Below, one piece after another: positions 48,101-60,699 of a DNA stretch of 64,000 bases; position 1 is the stretch's first letter, and the number at the start of each line of letters is the position of its first letter. Under the pieces are notes generated by a model, which saw only the letters and a list, made by a program, of their open reading frames with translations, was not told the origin of the DNA and did no database searches. The position numbers and the translations under genes were made by a program. Source of the stretch: Amoebophrya sp. A120 (lineage: Eukaryota > Protista > Dinoflagellata); contig CAJINV010000001.1 in assembly GCA_905178155.1 (NCBI GenBank), positions 15,934,142-15,998,141 on the forward strand, in the 5' to 3' direction.

Positions 48101-51100
48101 GCTTCATGTAACTTTCGATCAACCCGCCGTCCGAGCGCTTGGAATTGTGGAAGTCGATGCGGCGGATGGTTTCTTCATCCACCACACCACCCTCGACCTC
48201 TTCCACAAACTCGTTTTCCTGGTTCAAGTCCCGCAAAAACTGCTCCCAGTTGATGCGGTCCTCGGGGGACACGCCGTCCTTGGCGTCCTGTTCTTCGCGC
48301 TTCTGCTCCTCCTCCGCGCGGACCGCCTCGGCGGCGTCTTGGAAGTTCGCCATCAGGATGGCCAAGAACAGGTTGAAGATGATGCACATACCCAGGACTA
48401 CCATGGCGAAGTGGAACATGAAATACGCAAACCTGATTGTATGCGTATAATTTTTGCACGTCGTAGTTAGACAGAGTTTTTGTGTACTAGATCTAGATGC
48501 AGATGGTACAACTCAATGACTCGAAGGAACTCATGAATCAACTGACATGCAATATGGAATAAATGAATCGACACCAAAAAAAAAGTTCTCTTTTCCAAAA
48601 AACACTGAATGAAAATCTTACCCCGCGCCGCGCATGCCGTCGTACATGAGGGCATTCCAGTTTTCGCCCGTTAGTCCTTGAAACACGGTGACCACGGACC
48701 ACAGAAAGGAATCAAAGTTGCTCCGCCGCACACAAGAATGATCCCAGTCGCTGGTCCCGCCCGGGCAGGCCTGGTCTTCCGGCACCGGCTCATCCGTATT
48801 GGGGTCGAACTTGAGCTTGTTCGCGAACATGATGCTGCCCATCAGCGCGAACACGAAGATCATCAGACAGAGCAAAAGCGTGAAGTGGCCCATGGACAGC
48901 ACCGTCTGCACGACTGCTTGCAACAGCTTCCGGAAGTTCTCGTTTTTCTTCGCGAGCTTGATGATACGGAGCAGCCGCAGCGATTTCAGCGCGCCGCCGC
49001 CGCCGTCGGAGAACAGTTCCGCGACGGAGAAGACGACGATGATACCGTCCAGTGCGTGCCAGAATTCCTTCACGTACGCAATCGGGCCGATGGCCGCGAG
49101 GACGATCACCATCTCGATCAGGAAGATGATGGTGAACACGGTGTTCATGCTGTCCAGCACGTTGGACAGTGGCGGCTTGATCGGCGGGTGCGCGTCCATC
49201 ATCATGATGATGATGTTCAAAATGATGCACGCCATCACGAAATTCTGGAAAAAGCCCGTCGACGCGAAGTCAAATGCCGCTTTCACCTTGTATTCGTCCT
49301 CGTACACAAGAAGGGCGCTGCTCTTCGCGCGTTGGAACTGGCCCGGTCGGGGACTGTCGCTCTCCTCATCCTCGTCGTCGTCCTCGTTTTCCGCGCCGGC
49401 GGAACTCGTGGCGTCAGCCGCGTGCGCGCCCTCCGCGTTATTTTCGGCGTCGTTTGCCGCAGGGGCTTCTTGGCTAACATCGACCAGGGCTCCCGGTTCT
49501 TGTTGCGCACCGGTCACTTCAGATGCCGGGACCATTTCCACGATGGCGCTAGACCCCACGTCTGGCAGCTCCTTCGAGGCGCCGTCGTTTTCGCCGGCTT
49601 GTTTTGCCGCTATGTCGGACGAGCTGGAATTCTCTTCCTCCCCCTCTATCGGCGCGGGCTCCTCTTCGTCCATCAAACCCTGCTCGAACTTCTTCGACAA
49701 CTCCTGAAAAGCGTCCCAGACCACCGCCAGGGCCACGTTCAGCAGGAAGAAACTACCAATCACCACGAGAAAGCAGAAGTAGATGAACGCAAAGTCGTTC
49801 GAGTGGGCGTCCTGTTAGGGCGAGAGGGGTCGAGTGTTTGATTTGCATTTGAGGTACTGATCACAAATGAGCAGAAACACGTAAAAACTTCTTGCAAAAA
49901 ATGCATTCTTGAAAAAACCTACCCCGCACGAAAAATCTAGAAAAAATTGAAACAAAAAAAAATCCCTTTCCATTTTTACCTGTGACATGTACATGATGTC
50001 GGTCCAGCCCTCCATGGTGATGCACTGGAAGATGACGATGACGGCGTTCAAGATGTTGTTAAAATTCGTGATGCCATACCCGTAATTCGGGTCGTTTTTC
50101 TTGCTGTACAAGCCCCCGGCGTTGATCAACTTGGAGTTTTCGCACCACTCCCCGAACTTCGCGGCGGCCTTGTTGTCGTCGCCGAACACATGGACTTGGT
50201 TGTCGACCGCGGAGGTGACTTGCGTCGGGAAGGACGGCCGGAAGTCCTTCTCCAGGTCGAAAATGCTGTTCGAGCCGCATATGTCGTCCCCGAAGTAGGC
50301 GTGCTGGATCAGGTCCTGGCACATGTAGCGGCCGCCGCAGGGCCGCCCAACGACCGCCCCGTCGTCGTCCAGCGCGAGCGGCCACTCCCAGCGGCCGTGC
50401 TCCCCGGGCAGGATGGCGCAGCCAGGTTTCGACGTGGTCACCCACTGGACGTCGGGCCGCGTGCGGCACCGGCGTTCGTAGATGCCCTGCCACAAGTTCA
50501 GACCCAAAACGCCGAAGATGAACAACTGGAAAATCGTCATGCTCAGCACCGACCCGAGCTTGGGGATGCTCTGCAGCACCGTGTTCACAAGGACTTTCAT
50601 CTCCGGCATGGTGGTCAGTGCCCGCAGCGGGCGCAGCACCCGGAAGACCCGGAGCATGGTGATGGTGCTGTTCACCGTTAAATTCTCGAGGAACCACCAG
50701 GCCACGCCGGTCACGACCACGATGAAATCGAGCCAGTTCCAGGAGTCGGATAAGTAGGTCTTCTTGCCCCAGAAAAACCCGTAGGCCACCATCTTCATCA
50801 GCATTTCCACCACGAAAATCGCCAAAAAGACCGGGTCCATGGTGTCGGACACGTTGTTGACCCAGTGCTTGTCGCGGCCGCACCCGAACGCGGGCGGGGT
50901 GGTCTGGCACTTGGGGTCCGACATGGGCTTGTTGTAGACCGCGCGGTGGTGGTAGGCGGCCAGACAGAAGCTGTTCAGCAGGATCAGCATCAAAATGAAG
51001 CCGTCGAAGAGCTGGGTCTCCACGATCTTCAGGCACCGCTGGCGGAAGGAGTTCTCCAGGGGGAACAGCCCGAGCGCGTTCGGCTCCAGGTCCAGGCCGT

Positions 51101-51311
51101 ACCGCGGCCGCCGGGTGGTGATCCGCCGGACGTACCGCCCCACGCGCCGCATGCACTTGCCGCAGGGCCCCCGGTCGGTGAGCGTCCGCGTGGCGCTGCG
51201 ACTACGGGCGAAGTTGCTGGCGGCATTCTTCGACGACGCCACCACCTCTTCGTCGCTATCGTCGTCGCCGCTGCGCCGGCTGCGCGCCGCCGTCACCGCC
51301 AATCGCACCAT
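42167..51311 (-). CDS. Four-domain voltage-gated Ca2+ channel alpha-1 subunit (Cav-like, ~2,730 aa)
   Basis: Exons 51311-49980, 49811-48622, 48432-45134, 44813-43645 and 43381-42167; four GT-AG introns (49812-49979, 48433-48621, 44814-45133, 43382-43644), all phase-compatible. S4 segments RVFRVLRPLR, KSLRLLRIIK, KTLRILRAFRPLR, RMFRVARLLR. Pore loops TMEGW, TGENW, TTEGW, TGEAW (EEEE). C-terminal EF-like WKKYDP, then a long disordered tail. Confidence 0.93.
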
Positions 51312-52602
51312 CGAGCGCTACTTCAAGCGATTCGTCGAAGGTTGTAGTTCGTTGTTGTGAAGACCGGTTCGAGGTTATTCGCCTTCAGGAATTGAAACGT
51401 CGTGCGGAATTTGCGGATTTGGATAAAAACACGGCGAGCAACAGTGACTACTTTGAATTATTATTTAAATTTCAAAACTGATAGATTACTGTACTTTAGA
51501 ATTAGATCAAAATTACTTGGTGTCAAAAGAGGTTGCGCTTTGATCATGCGAGAGACCGTTTATTTTTCGTAAGTTCGGTGTAAAAAATAAAGCGGAGTGA
51601 TAGTGTCGCGTTTTTTCTGCAAGAGCCACTGACGCCTCTTCGCGCCACTTTATGCAATTGAAGAAGTACGAGTATTTATTCAGCGTCATGGTGCACGTTT
51701 TTACTCGGAGGGGAAAAATACAATTGGGAAAAAGGGGTGCAAAAATGCTCACGTTCTTGAGAAGTAGGAGTTCACGGGGGAAATCCTCCTGGAAATGAAG
51801 TGGTTGGAAAAAGGAAATCACACAGAATATAATTGCTGTGCGAGAAAATAAGAGGGTGAAGCAGTACGATAGCAGTTCTACCAACATTCTCGTCGCCGCG
51901 AGAATACCGAGGCTGATTGATTCTGTTGCACGATAAGATAATGATTTGAGTACCAAGATGTTGAACGAGTGCAGCCATGGACGAAAAGAATCGTAGTAGT
52001 AGTTGTACCGACATCACATTTCCGTACCTGTTCTCTTTCTTGCGTCAGTTCATCAGACACATGCACGTACTGACCGACGCAGAGCGTATCTAGTGTTGTC
52101 GTCGTTCTATATTATTTCGCAAAGAAATCTTGTACGAAAAGGAATGCGCATGGAGGGCAAGCGCTGCACCATGACTGGTACGTATGTAATTGCTCTAATA
52201 GAATCAACGACCGAAATGAGCTCCTTCTTGTACTGCAAGCCAAAGTGAGCGTCGCATACATACCACTGGTAAGTCGTTGCAACTGTCAGTGCGCTAGGGC
52301 TTGGACCGATTCTGGCAATTTCGTGGCGTTTTTCGCTGCCTCGAAGAAGGCATTTGAAACAACGCAGTCGCAAGAGCTTGGCATCAGGCACGACACAGAC
52401 CGATCATCATTTTCGTGCCAACACACGAAAAGAGAATTTTTTGAGATACTGTATGTAATGCTAGCATCAAAATAATGTACTTTTTTATCATGGTCATCGG
52501 CTGTGAAATCTTCTCGTCCATCATGTGAGCTAAATGCTATTGATTCTTGATGCATGGTTAAGCCGTTGTGAGCTAGACATGGCGCTGTTGACAAAAGTGA
52601 AA

Positions 52603-53570
52603 TCATCATCATCATATTTGTGCGTGTCCGGGATAAACATTATCTTTTCTCATTCTAATGAGTGGACGGGCACCCAGTACTGCTGTGTGCGGAGTGACAG
52701 GAGAGTCACTCACTCTGCGTGCCAAGTGTTATCTTGGCCTTTGTAGAAGGAGACCCCGCAGACATACACTATTTCTCTTCCTGTGTTTTCGCAAAAATCC
52801 GTGTTGTCTGCTTCAAACACCACCTGGTCGCTTTCTTCTAGACGCCAAACCTCCCGTCTTTGGCCGGGTAAACGCACCCAGCTCTTGCCGCTGATCGTTT
52901 GAATTAGTTCCGCTCGCCCCCTTTCCGCTTCTTGCTGTTGCTGTATTCTCTTGCGCTGCTCCTCGCGCATTTTCTCGGTCTTCTCGGTTGCTGTCCTTGT
53001 TTGCTTGGGCCTGTTTCTTCTGCTCGTGTCCACTTTTCTTTTTTGCCGCATTGCTTCCTTCACTGCCGCTGCGTCTGGCGGCTGCTGCGCCATCTGTGCG
53101 GCATCGAAGCCAAAGTGCTGCAGGTCTTGCTCCACCAGCCTGCCCCATGGTGTTTTCGCCTTTATTTCGTTTGCTATCCACCACCCTGAGGCTTCTGTTG
53201 TGTCGCGGAATGCATGGGCAACCCATGCTACCCGCTTCTCCTGTAGCATCGTCTCTATATCGAGTATGCCTGCTCTTTTGCATAACTCGATGCGGCTGGT
53301 GTATTCTGCTTCCTCGTCTACCGGCCCCCCCTCTGCGTTCTGCTCCTCCTGCCTTTCCTGCTGCCGCTGCCACTCCCTTCGCTCCCCCGTCACTGTTTTC
53401 AGTGTCTGCATCTGGAAGTTACGCAAGACCTTGAGGTCGTGCTCGTGCGGGACCCAACACTCACTATTGTACAGCGCTACCGAGCTGCACAACGAGGTGT
53501 ATAGTTCCGCCTTCAGCTCCCGCGGGAGCCCTTTATCTGCCCAGATTTTTCGGAGTTGCTGCGTCGTTGC
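52603..53570 (-). mobile_element. 5'-truncated non-LTR retrotransposon (RTE-like LINE)
   Basis: Encodes the post-RT C-terminal region typical of RTE-like ORF2 (LRKIW...LKAELY...VALYNSECW...FQMQTLK...ELCKRAG...KRVAWVAHAFR), stop at 52710, short 3' UTR, (TGA)4 tail at 52603-52614, and a perfect 14-bp TSD tgacaaaagtgaaa at 52589-52602 and 53571-53584. Confidence 0.9.
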
Positions 53571-54170
53571 TGACAAAAGTGAAAAGGCATATGCAACTAA
53601 CATCGAGCACCGATATTTTTACTAATTAGTTCACCGTCCTGTAAACGATGTCAATGTCCTGTTTTCTTTTTTCACTACGAGCCAAAATATTTTGTGCAAC
53701 ATGGATGAGAGGAAAGAAAATGGTGGCTGCTCGTTTGAATGTCAACTTTTTTTCTTTCAACTACTTCTTACTCTTGGAAAGTTGGTTTTTCTTTTGCGGT
53801 AGGCGAAAAAAACGGTACGTTAAATGATGTGATGTGTATGTAATGTACTTTGCATAACAGATTTGATGAAAACGAATATTCGGATCGATTACCATTGATT
53901 GATGGATGGCTTGCAAAATAGTGTGAGGAGTGATTTAACATAAAAGTAGAAAAAACTAGTATACTCAGAAAATCAAGCTAGGCGCGGAGAAGTGCCGGTC
54001 GCTTGATGTTGCCAACAAACAACCAAGACTTCTCCAACTACTGTAAAAAGCAAAAGGCAAAAGACTTTCGTAAACGGAATATCATCATCTCCATGCACGG
54101 CCGGAATTAGGTAAAACTGATGAGCCGAGGCCGACGAGGAAATCTTATTTCAAGGTGTTGTACGGAATTT

Positions 54171-57100
54171 TCAGAAGTGCAAATCCTCCATGCACGTGAT
54201 CAAGGCGGTAGTTTCGTCGACATCAGCGATGCCTTTTTCTCCACTCTGGTCGTTCACCTCCCTCCCCAATGTGTTTTTCACTGTGTACGACCCGTCGGTT
54301 GGTCCACCACCCGGATGAAAAGTGAGTTTCTCCGCACCCTTCCAATGCTTGCACCAATTGTGATCAGTTCCGGTGGGAGCCAAGATGGAACAAACAGCAA
54401 TATCAAAATGAAAAACGATTTGTGAGTGTAACTCTTTTGATGCAATCATAGAATGAAGAGTGGCTCACCAAACCAGCAGAAACTTGTGACGCGCCGAGAT
54501 GAAAAAGAATGGGAAAAAACACTCGATGGTGTCGGTGGGTTATGATCTCTGGCATGACAAGTAATGCTGGTTTGTCGACCAATCTTCTCCTAGTAAACGA
54601 AGTACAGATTTACACTCAAACAGCAGGTGCTTCGCTTCGATACGCAATCCCAAGATCGAACTCGCATTGCGCACGATGGTGGTGGTGGTGGTGGTGATGG
54701 TGGTGCTGCTCGACCGGTCCTCCGCCTGCTTCGGACGCCCACAAGGTCTGGAACGCCCTTTCGACGTAGTCCGCGAAAATACCGTTGTCCATCATAATGC
54801 TGGGGTACTTATGATGAATAGCCCAAACGTCGATGATCACATGGGGATGAATTGTCTGCGAGCCGGAGGTGTGCGGGGGCCATGTGCTGGGATCATAATC
54901 GAGGAACATGAGGGGCATCACAGGCTGCAACAGTTCCCGCGTGGCGGCCATGGTAACAAGTGCTTTGGGCATCCAGCGCCCGTCACTGTGATAGCTGGGC
55001 ATGAAACGGACCCCCGGTCCGATTTTCTGCCGCCCATTAAAGGAACCAAACGAGTGCTACTATGCAGTGCAAATCTTTTCGATCGAACATTCAGGAAGAC
55101 GCAGAAAATGCAGGTGTATCTACACGGCGAAGATTCGGCGCAAAGATTTCATTCTTTCACTGGTGAGGCAAAAGCAGTAACAGCATGTGCTTTTTACTGC
55201 TTCAAAAGCATGCCTGCGAGAAACCGCAACAGTAGTTCGTATCGGAGATGCGCCACATAAGTGGAATACCAAAATTTTGCATTTTCCGTGCCCCTGACAT
55301 GTTCTTGCATTTTGATTTACGGTTGGTAAATGAGCAGCCTGCAGGACGACATCTGTTCCAGCGGGAATCATGTGATCGATTTTCATTTTCGTTTCAAGGC
55401 TTTCCGCGAGCAGAATCTATCACCCAGGAAAACGCTACCCAATCATTACTTATATTCGTACATGCATAAAAGAAATTGTGCGAAGACAAGAAACAGAAAA
55501 TCTGGCGTGGGCGACTCCACAGAGTGAGACCTCCAACCCCATCTCAGCAATAGAGAAATAAAGTTCTGTTAGGTCATATATGCACTCTGAACGTCAATTG
55601 CCATTCTTGCATTGGTATTTTCTTTAGCACAAGATGCAAATGTTGTCCGCCTGTGTAGAGTTTTCTTTTCTGGGATAAGTTCTGAGACGAGCCGAGCACA
55701 TTGGGCCCCTGCTTCGCAGGAGCATCTCCACGATCCCACTGGTGTGCGTGACCATTTCCGCCTGTCTCAAGCTCGTGCTTGCACATTGCCCAGTAAAGGG
55801 GAAAGAGGTCCTTTTCCAAAACTGTTCCGCTAGTTTCTTGGGGGACTTGTAAAGGGTTCAGCTGCAGGTGGTTGGCTAGCTTTTCCGTGCCTGGAGACTC
55901 ATTGCCAGACTTTGTCACACTGCTCACGGCGAAGGTAACACGGTACACCTCGATAGCCTATGCACGACAAAAAGTCTATCCAGTGCACCTTCCTCGCAAT
56001 TAAGCTGTTTCTCAACGATTCTTGGAGCAATTCTTGACAAGGAAAAGCAGCTCCGGCGACTCTTGCTCTTGGGAGCTAGCACGTATGTAAAGTCGATGCA
56101 ACGTTGAAATACAAGCAAGAGCAACAGCTGTACCCAAGGCAGGAAATAAAAAAGACCATCATAGATATAAAATTCACCCGCAGCTAAGATCCAAAACGCT
56201 AAATGGAAACTATGCTGAGATGAGAGCTTGGATATGCATCAAGATCTGCGAAGACAAAAAATGTTGTAAGTACACTGTCACACTATTTCGTCTTATTGGA
56301 TATTGTTCCTTCTTTATCAGGATTGTTTTCGTTACAGTTCTCGTACAAGCCACCGTAGCCACTGTAGCCCGACAGTTTGTCACGGCAGGTGTTTTCCAGA
56401 TCGTAAAGCTCCCGGCCGTATTTTTGCGCTTGTTCGTCGATATTCGGAGTTCCAGCCGCCCAGTTCTGGAGCCACGTCTTGAACTCGTGCCCCTCTGCGT
56501 GTCCCAACGCACATTGAACCCACGCGCTGACACCACTCCTGCGTGCATTCGTGTCCATTTTTTCAACGAAAACATCTGGAACCGAACAAGACTGTAGTAC
56601 GTACAGCTTGTTGTACTCACCGTGGTGGCCGCCGTTGTTTAATGGGCGGTGAGCACCCGCAAGAGTTCGGTCGTGTGGACCCATTCCAACTATGGTTGTG
56701 TGTTCAACGTCGGTGTGTTGAACAGATTGCGTCGCTGTGCCAGTTTTCATCTGCAGCTTCTTCGTCCTGGTCCGCTGTGTGAAGGCCTCCTTCTTTTCCG
56801 GTCGCGAAGCCATTGGCTTCCGCCCTGCCGTTGTGGTGCTCCGCTCTTTCAAGACGGCAGCGCGTTCCTTTGGTTGCATGAATTTCTTCGACGAAGCAAC
56901 TGAGTGCTCCGTGTCGGTGGCAGCGCGCTGCTGCGAATCAGTGTCGTCCCCGTCGTCCCTCACAGAGAGGGTAGGTCTTTTCCTCTTGCTGGGGACTTCT
57001 GTGAAAGAAGAGGACTGCTCGGTGGGTCCGGGAGCAGCTCCAGCTCCCTGAAAGTTTCTAGCTTGAACATCACCATGTCCAGAATCGTATTCTGCGGCCG

Positions 57101-58040
57101 CCTTAACGTCCTCCGGAAATTGTAGCAGACTTTCCAGCTGTCTCTGTGCCTGACGACTTTTGCTGTACATGTCCTCTGTCCGAGGAGGCGTGGACTGAGT
57201 GAGGGAATCCAGCAGCAATAGACTTCCAACATGCACAGTGACGTCAGGCATCTGGTCCCAGTCTTGGTTGATCAAGTGTGGCATGACGTGGTGCAGAATG
57301 TGATCCCCCTGTCCGCGGAATTCCGCTGAGGCCATCATCCGAAGCGTCGTGTCGGAAGACGGTCTCGCGGGTAATTGCATTCCTTGTTCGGACTGTAGCA
57401 GCTGCATGGCGCTTCCATCGTAAATCTGCGGCTCCGGGAGGTTGTCCGAGAAAAGAAACCTGAGGTTCAAACCACCAGACGGCTCATCTTGCACAGGTAA
57501 AGTGTAACGAGTCCTCAGACTTTCCCACTTGCCACCTTCCTGCACCAGTTGTTCGAGTAGAATATCCTGCTTCTGCTTGTCCGGGTTCAGCTATTCAGTG
57601 CAAATATTTGAGGGGCACCTAAATGTCTTTTCGTAGTCGCAGCTGCTACCTGCTACTCCCAATACATATTGCAACGAGAAAGCTTTCGGTCTCGCTGCGC
57701 TTTATCTACGAATCAATACCGCATATATAATTTTCCGCTGCTTCATTTTCGTATACTCATCCAAATCCATGACAAGAAAAGCAAAACTCCCATCGTGGCT
57801 ATGTAAAATGCACACCCTTCCTTTTGTTGCATTAAGATGAGGATCCAATACAGCCTGGAGAGTAGACTAGAGTTTTGCGGCGCTTCTCTTAACTCAAGAA
57901 CATAGCCCCTGCCTATGCTGAGACCATGACCCCCACATATTTGCCCTGCATATCGGCGTTCGAGATTTGTAAAGAGCTAATTTTAGATGTCGGTAGGTGT
58001 AGGACATGTAGGTCTTGACCTGAGCCGGCATACCCGCTCC
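54171..58040 (-). CDS. Multi-exon lineage-specific hypothetical gene (3' portion) containing a His10 tract
   Basis: Protein-like minus-strand frames at ~54171-54430, ~54620-55040, ~55320-55400, ~55630-55957, 56283-57590 and ~57957-58040, separated by AT-rich intron-sized gaps; the 57590/57957 junction is defined by an introner. Most other junctions are unresolved. Confidence 0.5.
54675..54705 (-). repeat. (CAC/CAT)10 repeat encoding poly-His
   Basis: gatggtggtggtggtggtggtgatggtggtg on the + strand; in frame in ORF 54616-55002 (EQHHHHHHHHHHRAQ). Confidence 0.8.
57592..57952. mobile_element. Older, diverged introner related to family A; best intron 57591-57956 is CC...AG
   Basis: TIRs tattcagtgcaaatatttgagg vs (rc) tatgcagggcaaatatgtgggg (18/22); imperfect TSD tcagc (57587-57591) / tcggc (57953-57957); removal gives in-frame LYKSRT-LNPDKQKQDILLEQLV, extending ORF 56283-57545. 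Confidence 0.7.
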
Positions 58041-58803
58041 ATTTTGTCAAAGCGAAAAAAAAAGCACATGATACCACAAAGCGCACCTTTGCAGCAGCGC
58101 AGGCTACCTACGAAGTTGGCACTTTGTTTTCTTTATGTTCGTATTTTGGTTTCTTCGGAAGCACTTGCCTGCTCCAAGCCGTGCTTCTCGATTACAACAA
58201 GTATAAACAAGAGCGTCCGATTTCACAGCCCTACTTTCGCATTCATGCACGTGGGCGTTGTGAACGAAGCCCACTCTCTTAAAAAAACTAACAGGCTACT
58301 CACGAAGCAGTGCGGCCGACTGGAGTGCTCCTTTTGATGCTTTTGTGCTAGCTGCAACTTTGTGGCCGTGCTTCTTGGCATTTTACAACCTCGTAAAGAC
58401 ATGATGCTGCTGGTCTCCTCCATCAACTCATTCAGGTTTAGGTAAATGCCATACACGTGTTTAGACATGTACCTGAGTTGGGTTTTTCTTTAGGGTGCCT
58501 GATAGATAAGATATCCTTGACGTCGTCGATCCGGAAGATATTTTGCCGATATAGTCCTACAACTGACTAGGTAGGAAAAAAAGAGCTCACATTCTGCACG
58601 GTCAAGGGCAGGAAAATACGACGAATGCAGCGACAATGTGATCACCGCGAAGTTACGCTAGCTACAAAACCCGCGCGTGTATAGTATGTACCGGGTGTTC
58701 ACTTTTACCAGTGTCGCCGCTGCTCGCTAATTCAGCCATAAATTTCCTACCCTTTGCCCCCTCCTCAAAATATATCTTGCGATTATTTCGTGACATTCAT
58801 GAA

Positions 58804-59150
58804 CTACCTTGCCATAAAGCCCCCACGGATGATCGCGGAGTAAACGTTGTTTTGCAGGAGCTCGGTCAGGGAGTTGAGCTGGAACCATTTCAACTGAAAA
58901 TCGAGCGACATCGGCTGCAAACCCAGCAACGCCTCCATCCCCTCCTCTTCCATGATGGCGGCGCTGGAATCAGTGATGAAGTCGAACCGCAGGCGCCCCA
59001 GCTGGAGACACACGTACTCGAAAAATGCGACCCAGCTTGCGCGTGTATACATCTCATCTACTGCAGTCTCAAAAGTGATCGGCTTCGGCGGATTTCCGCC
59101 CCCGACGTAGCGATTCCCGTTCTTATCAACCTGGACTGCAAGACCCCTGT
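58804..59150 (-). CDS. Probable internal exon of a hypothetical gene
   Basis: Protein-like part of ORF 58804-59439 (GLAVQVDKNGNRY...IIRGGFMAR) with a GT donor at the 3' end; GC3-rich. Confidence 0.5.
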
Positions 59151-60384
59151 TGCGAGGAAAATGAAAATGATGTTTCATACATGAAGGACAAGAACTACAA
59201 GAAGCATACGGCTCATCAATCACCAACAGGTCAGGCTTGCTGGAAGACGGCTCGGTACCACTATACTGGGCACGTTTTTCTACTGGTAAATTTACTGGTG
59301 AATGTGCACAGCATCGCTCCACATCTTCGCTATTTCTTTGCCATAATAATGATCGCCCAGAAGCGAAGGCTGTCGTGGGCATCGCAACATGATCACGGAC
59401 GATGGAAGCATGATTCATATATTTACTGGACCAAAGCATAGGCGAGAAGGTCTACTGCGACACAGCGACAGCGGTCGCCTCCAATATGATAATCTAGCTC
59501 TATCAGCGCCACACTATGCGCCGTGCGTATTGCAGCAGGACCAGGAGCAGCAGCCGAAAGGCGGGATAAAACCACTGTGCTGCAGTGAAAGTGGCACAGC
59601 ATGGTTAGCCGAAAGCGAAACAAGTCACCAACCATCAGTAACTTGCTCATTGTGTACTAACTAAAACATCAGAACTACACAAAAAACAGTAAGGACTTAC
59701 CAAGGATCTTTTAGGGTGCATTTCTGCTTGTCTGCATCTGCAAAAGCAAAACCTTGAAGAGAATTCTTCGGCTGTCGCGCTGCGTACGCCTGTTCACCCA
59801 TCCGCCGAGCCGCTTCCGGCTCACACCCGAACTCCTTGAGCAACAATTCTGGAAACTGCAATGGATTTTTTAATTTTCTTATCCCACACGGTGTACTTAA
59901 GTAATGGATTTTAGTTCTCGTAGTAAACAAGAGAATTTACTTTCTTATATATCCTCCATGCAACTGCAGAGGATTGTTTGAGATAATTCACTGATCCCGT
60001 ATGACACACTGATTGCGAAGAAGCCCCTGCGAACCTCGTATGCACTATAGAAGCAGGACAACTACATCTATTTCTTCATCAAGACGATAGACCCGATACT
60101 TGCAGGGTGACGTCGCGCAAGCCACGGAGGATATTTAGTTTCAGAAGCGTAAATCCAGAGATCCCGAACTCCATGTACAAATTAATACAACTCCTGCGTA
60201 TGGAGAAACAAGACACCGTAGTTTATCTGCCTCCGTCAGTTTTAGTTCGCAGCTACAACATGCAAAAAAAAGGTACCTGAGGCGTGCGGGGTTTGTCTTC
60301 CGCTTCCGGGAGTGGCAGGTATCATATTGGAAACAGTCCCGTCTCTCGGATTCTTTAGAAGTCTTTGCCATGCAATTGCAATAG

Positions 60385-60468
60385 CTTTCGTGGCATAAAT
60401 ATTATTCATGCCATGAGAGAAAAAAATATTTCATTAAATGAAATATTTTTTTCTCTCATGCACGAAAG
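60385..60468. repeat. Compound T-shaped palindrome
   Basis: Outer stem ctttcgtg (60385-92) / cacgaaag (60461-68) encloses hairpin 60393-60411 (9 bp, 1 mismatch) and perfect 24-bp arms 60412-60435 / 60437-60460. Confidence 0.85.
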
Positions 60469-60699
60469 GAACGGAGCTCGTTGCTGCTAATCACATAGAG
60501 CGAACTCGTCTGTATTCATCACGCTTTGCAGAGTTGCCACTGTCGTGTACTTGGACTTGCTTTCATACGGACAACACCGTTTATCAACATATTAGCATTT
60601 CTACATTTCTAAATGAAGAAAGAACGGACGCGAGGAGAAAGTACACAAACCCTCTCGAACAAATATGGATAGAGTAATGCAAACTTCAATTTTTTCCCC

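Noticed and set aside
53571-53603. N-terminal MLVAYAFSLLS of ORF 52710-53603 as a real gene start
   Set aside because: It lies in the TSD and host flank and starts at a non-ATG codon; the frame is open by chance.
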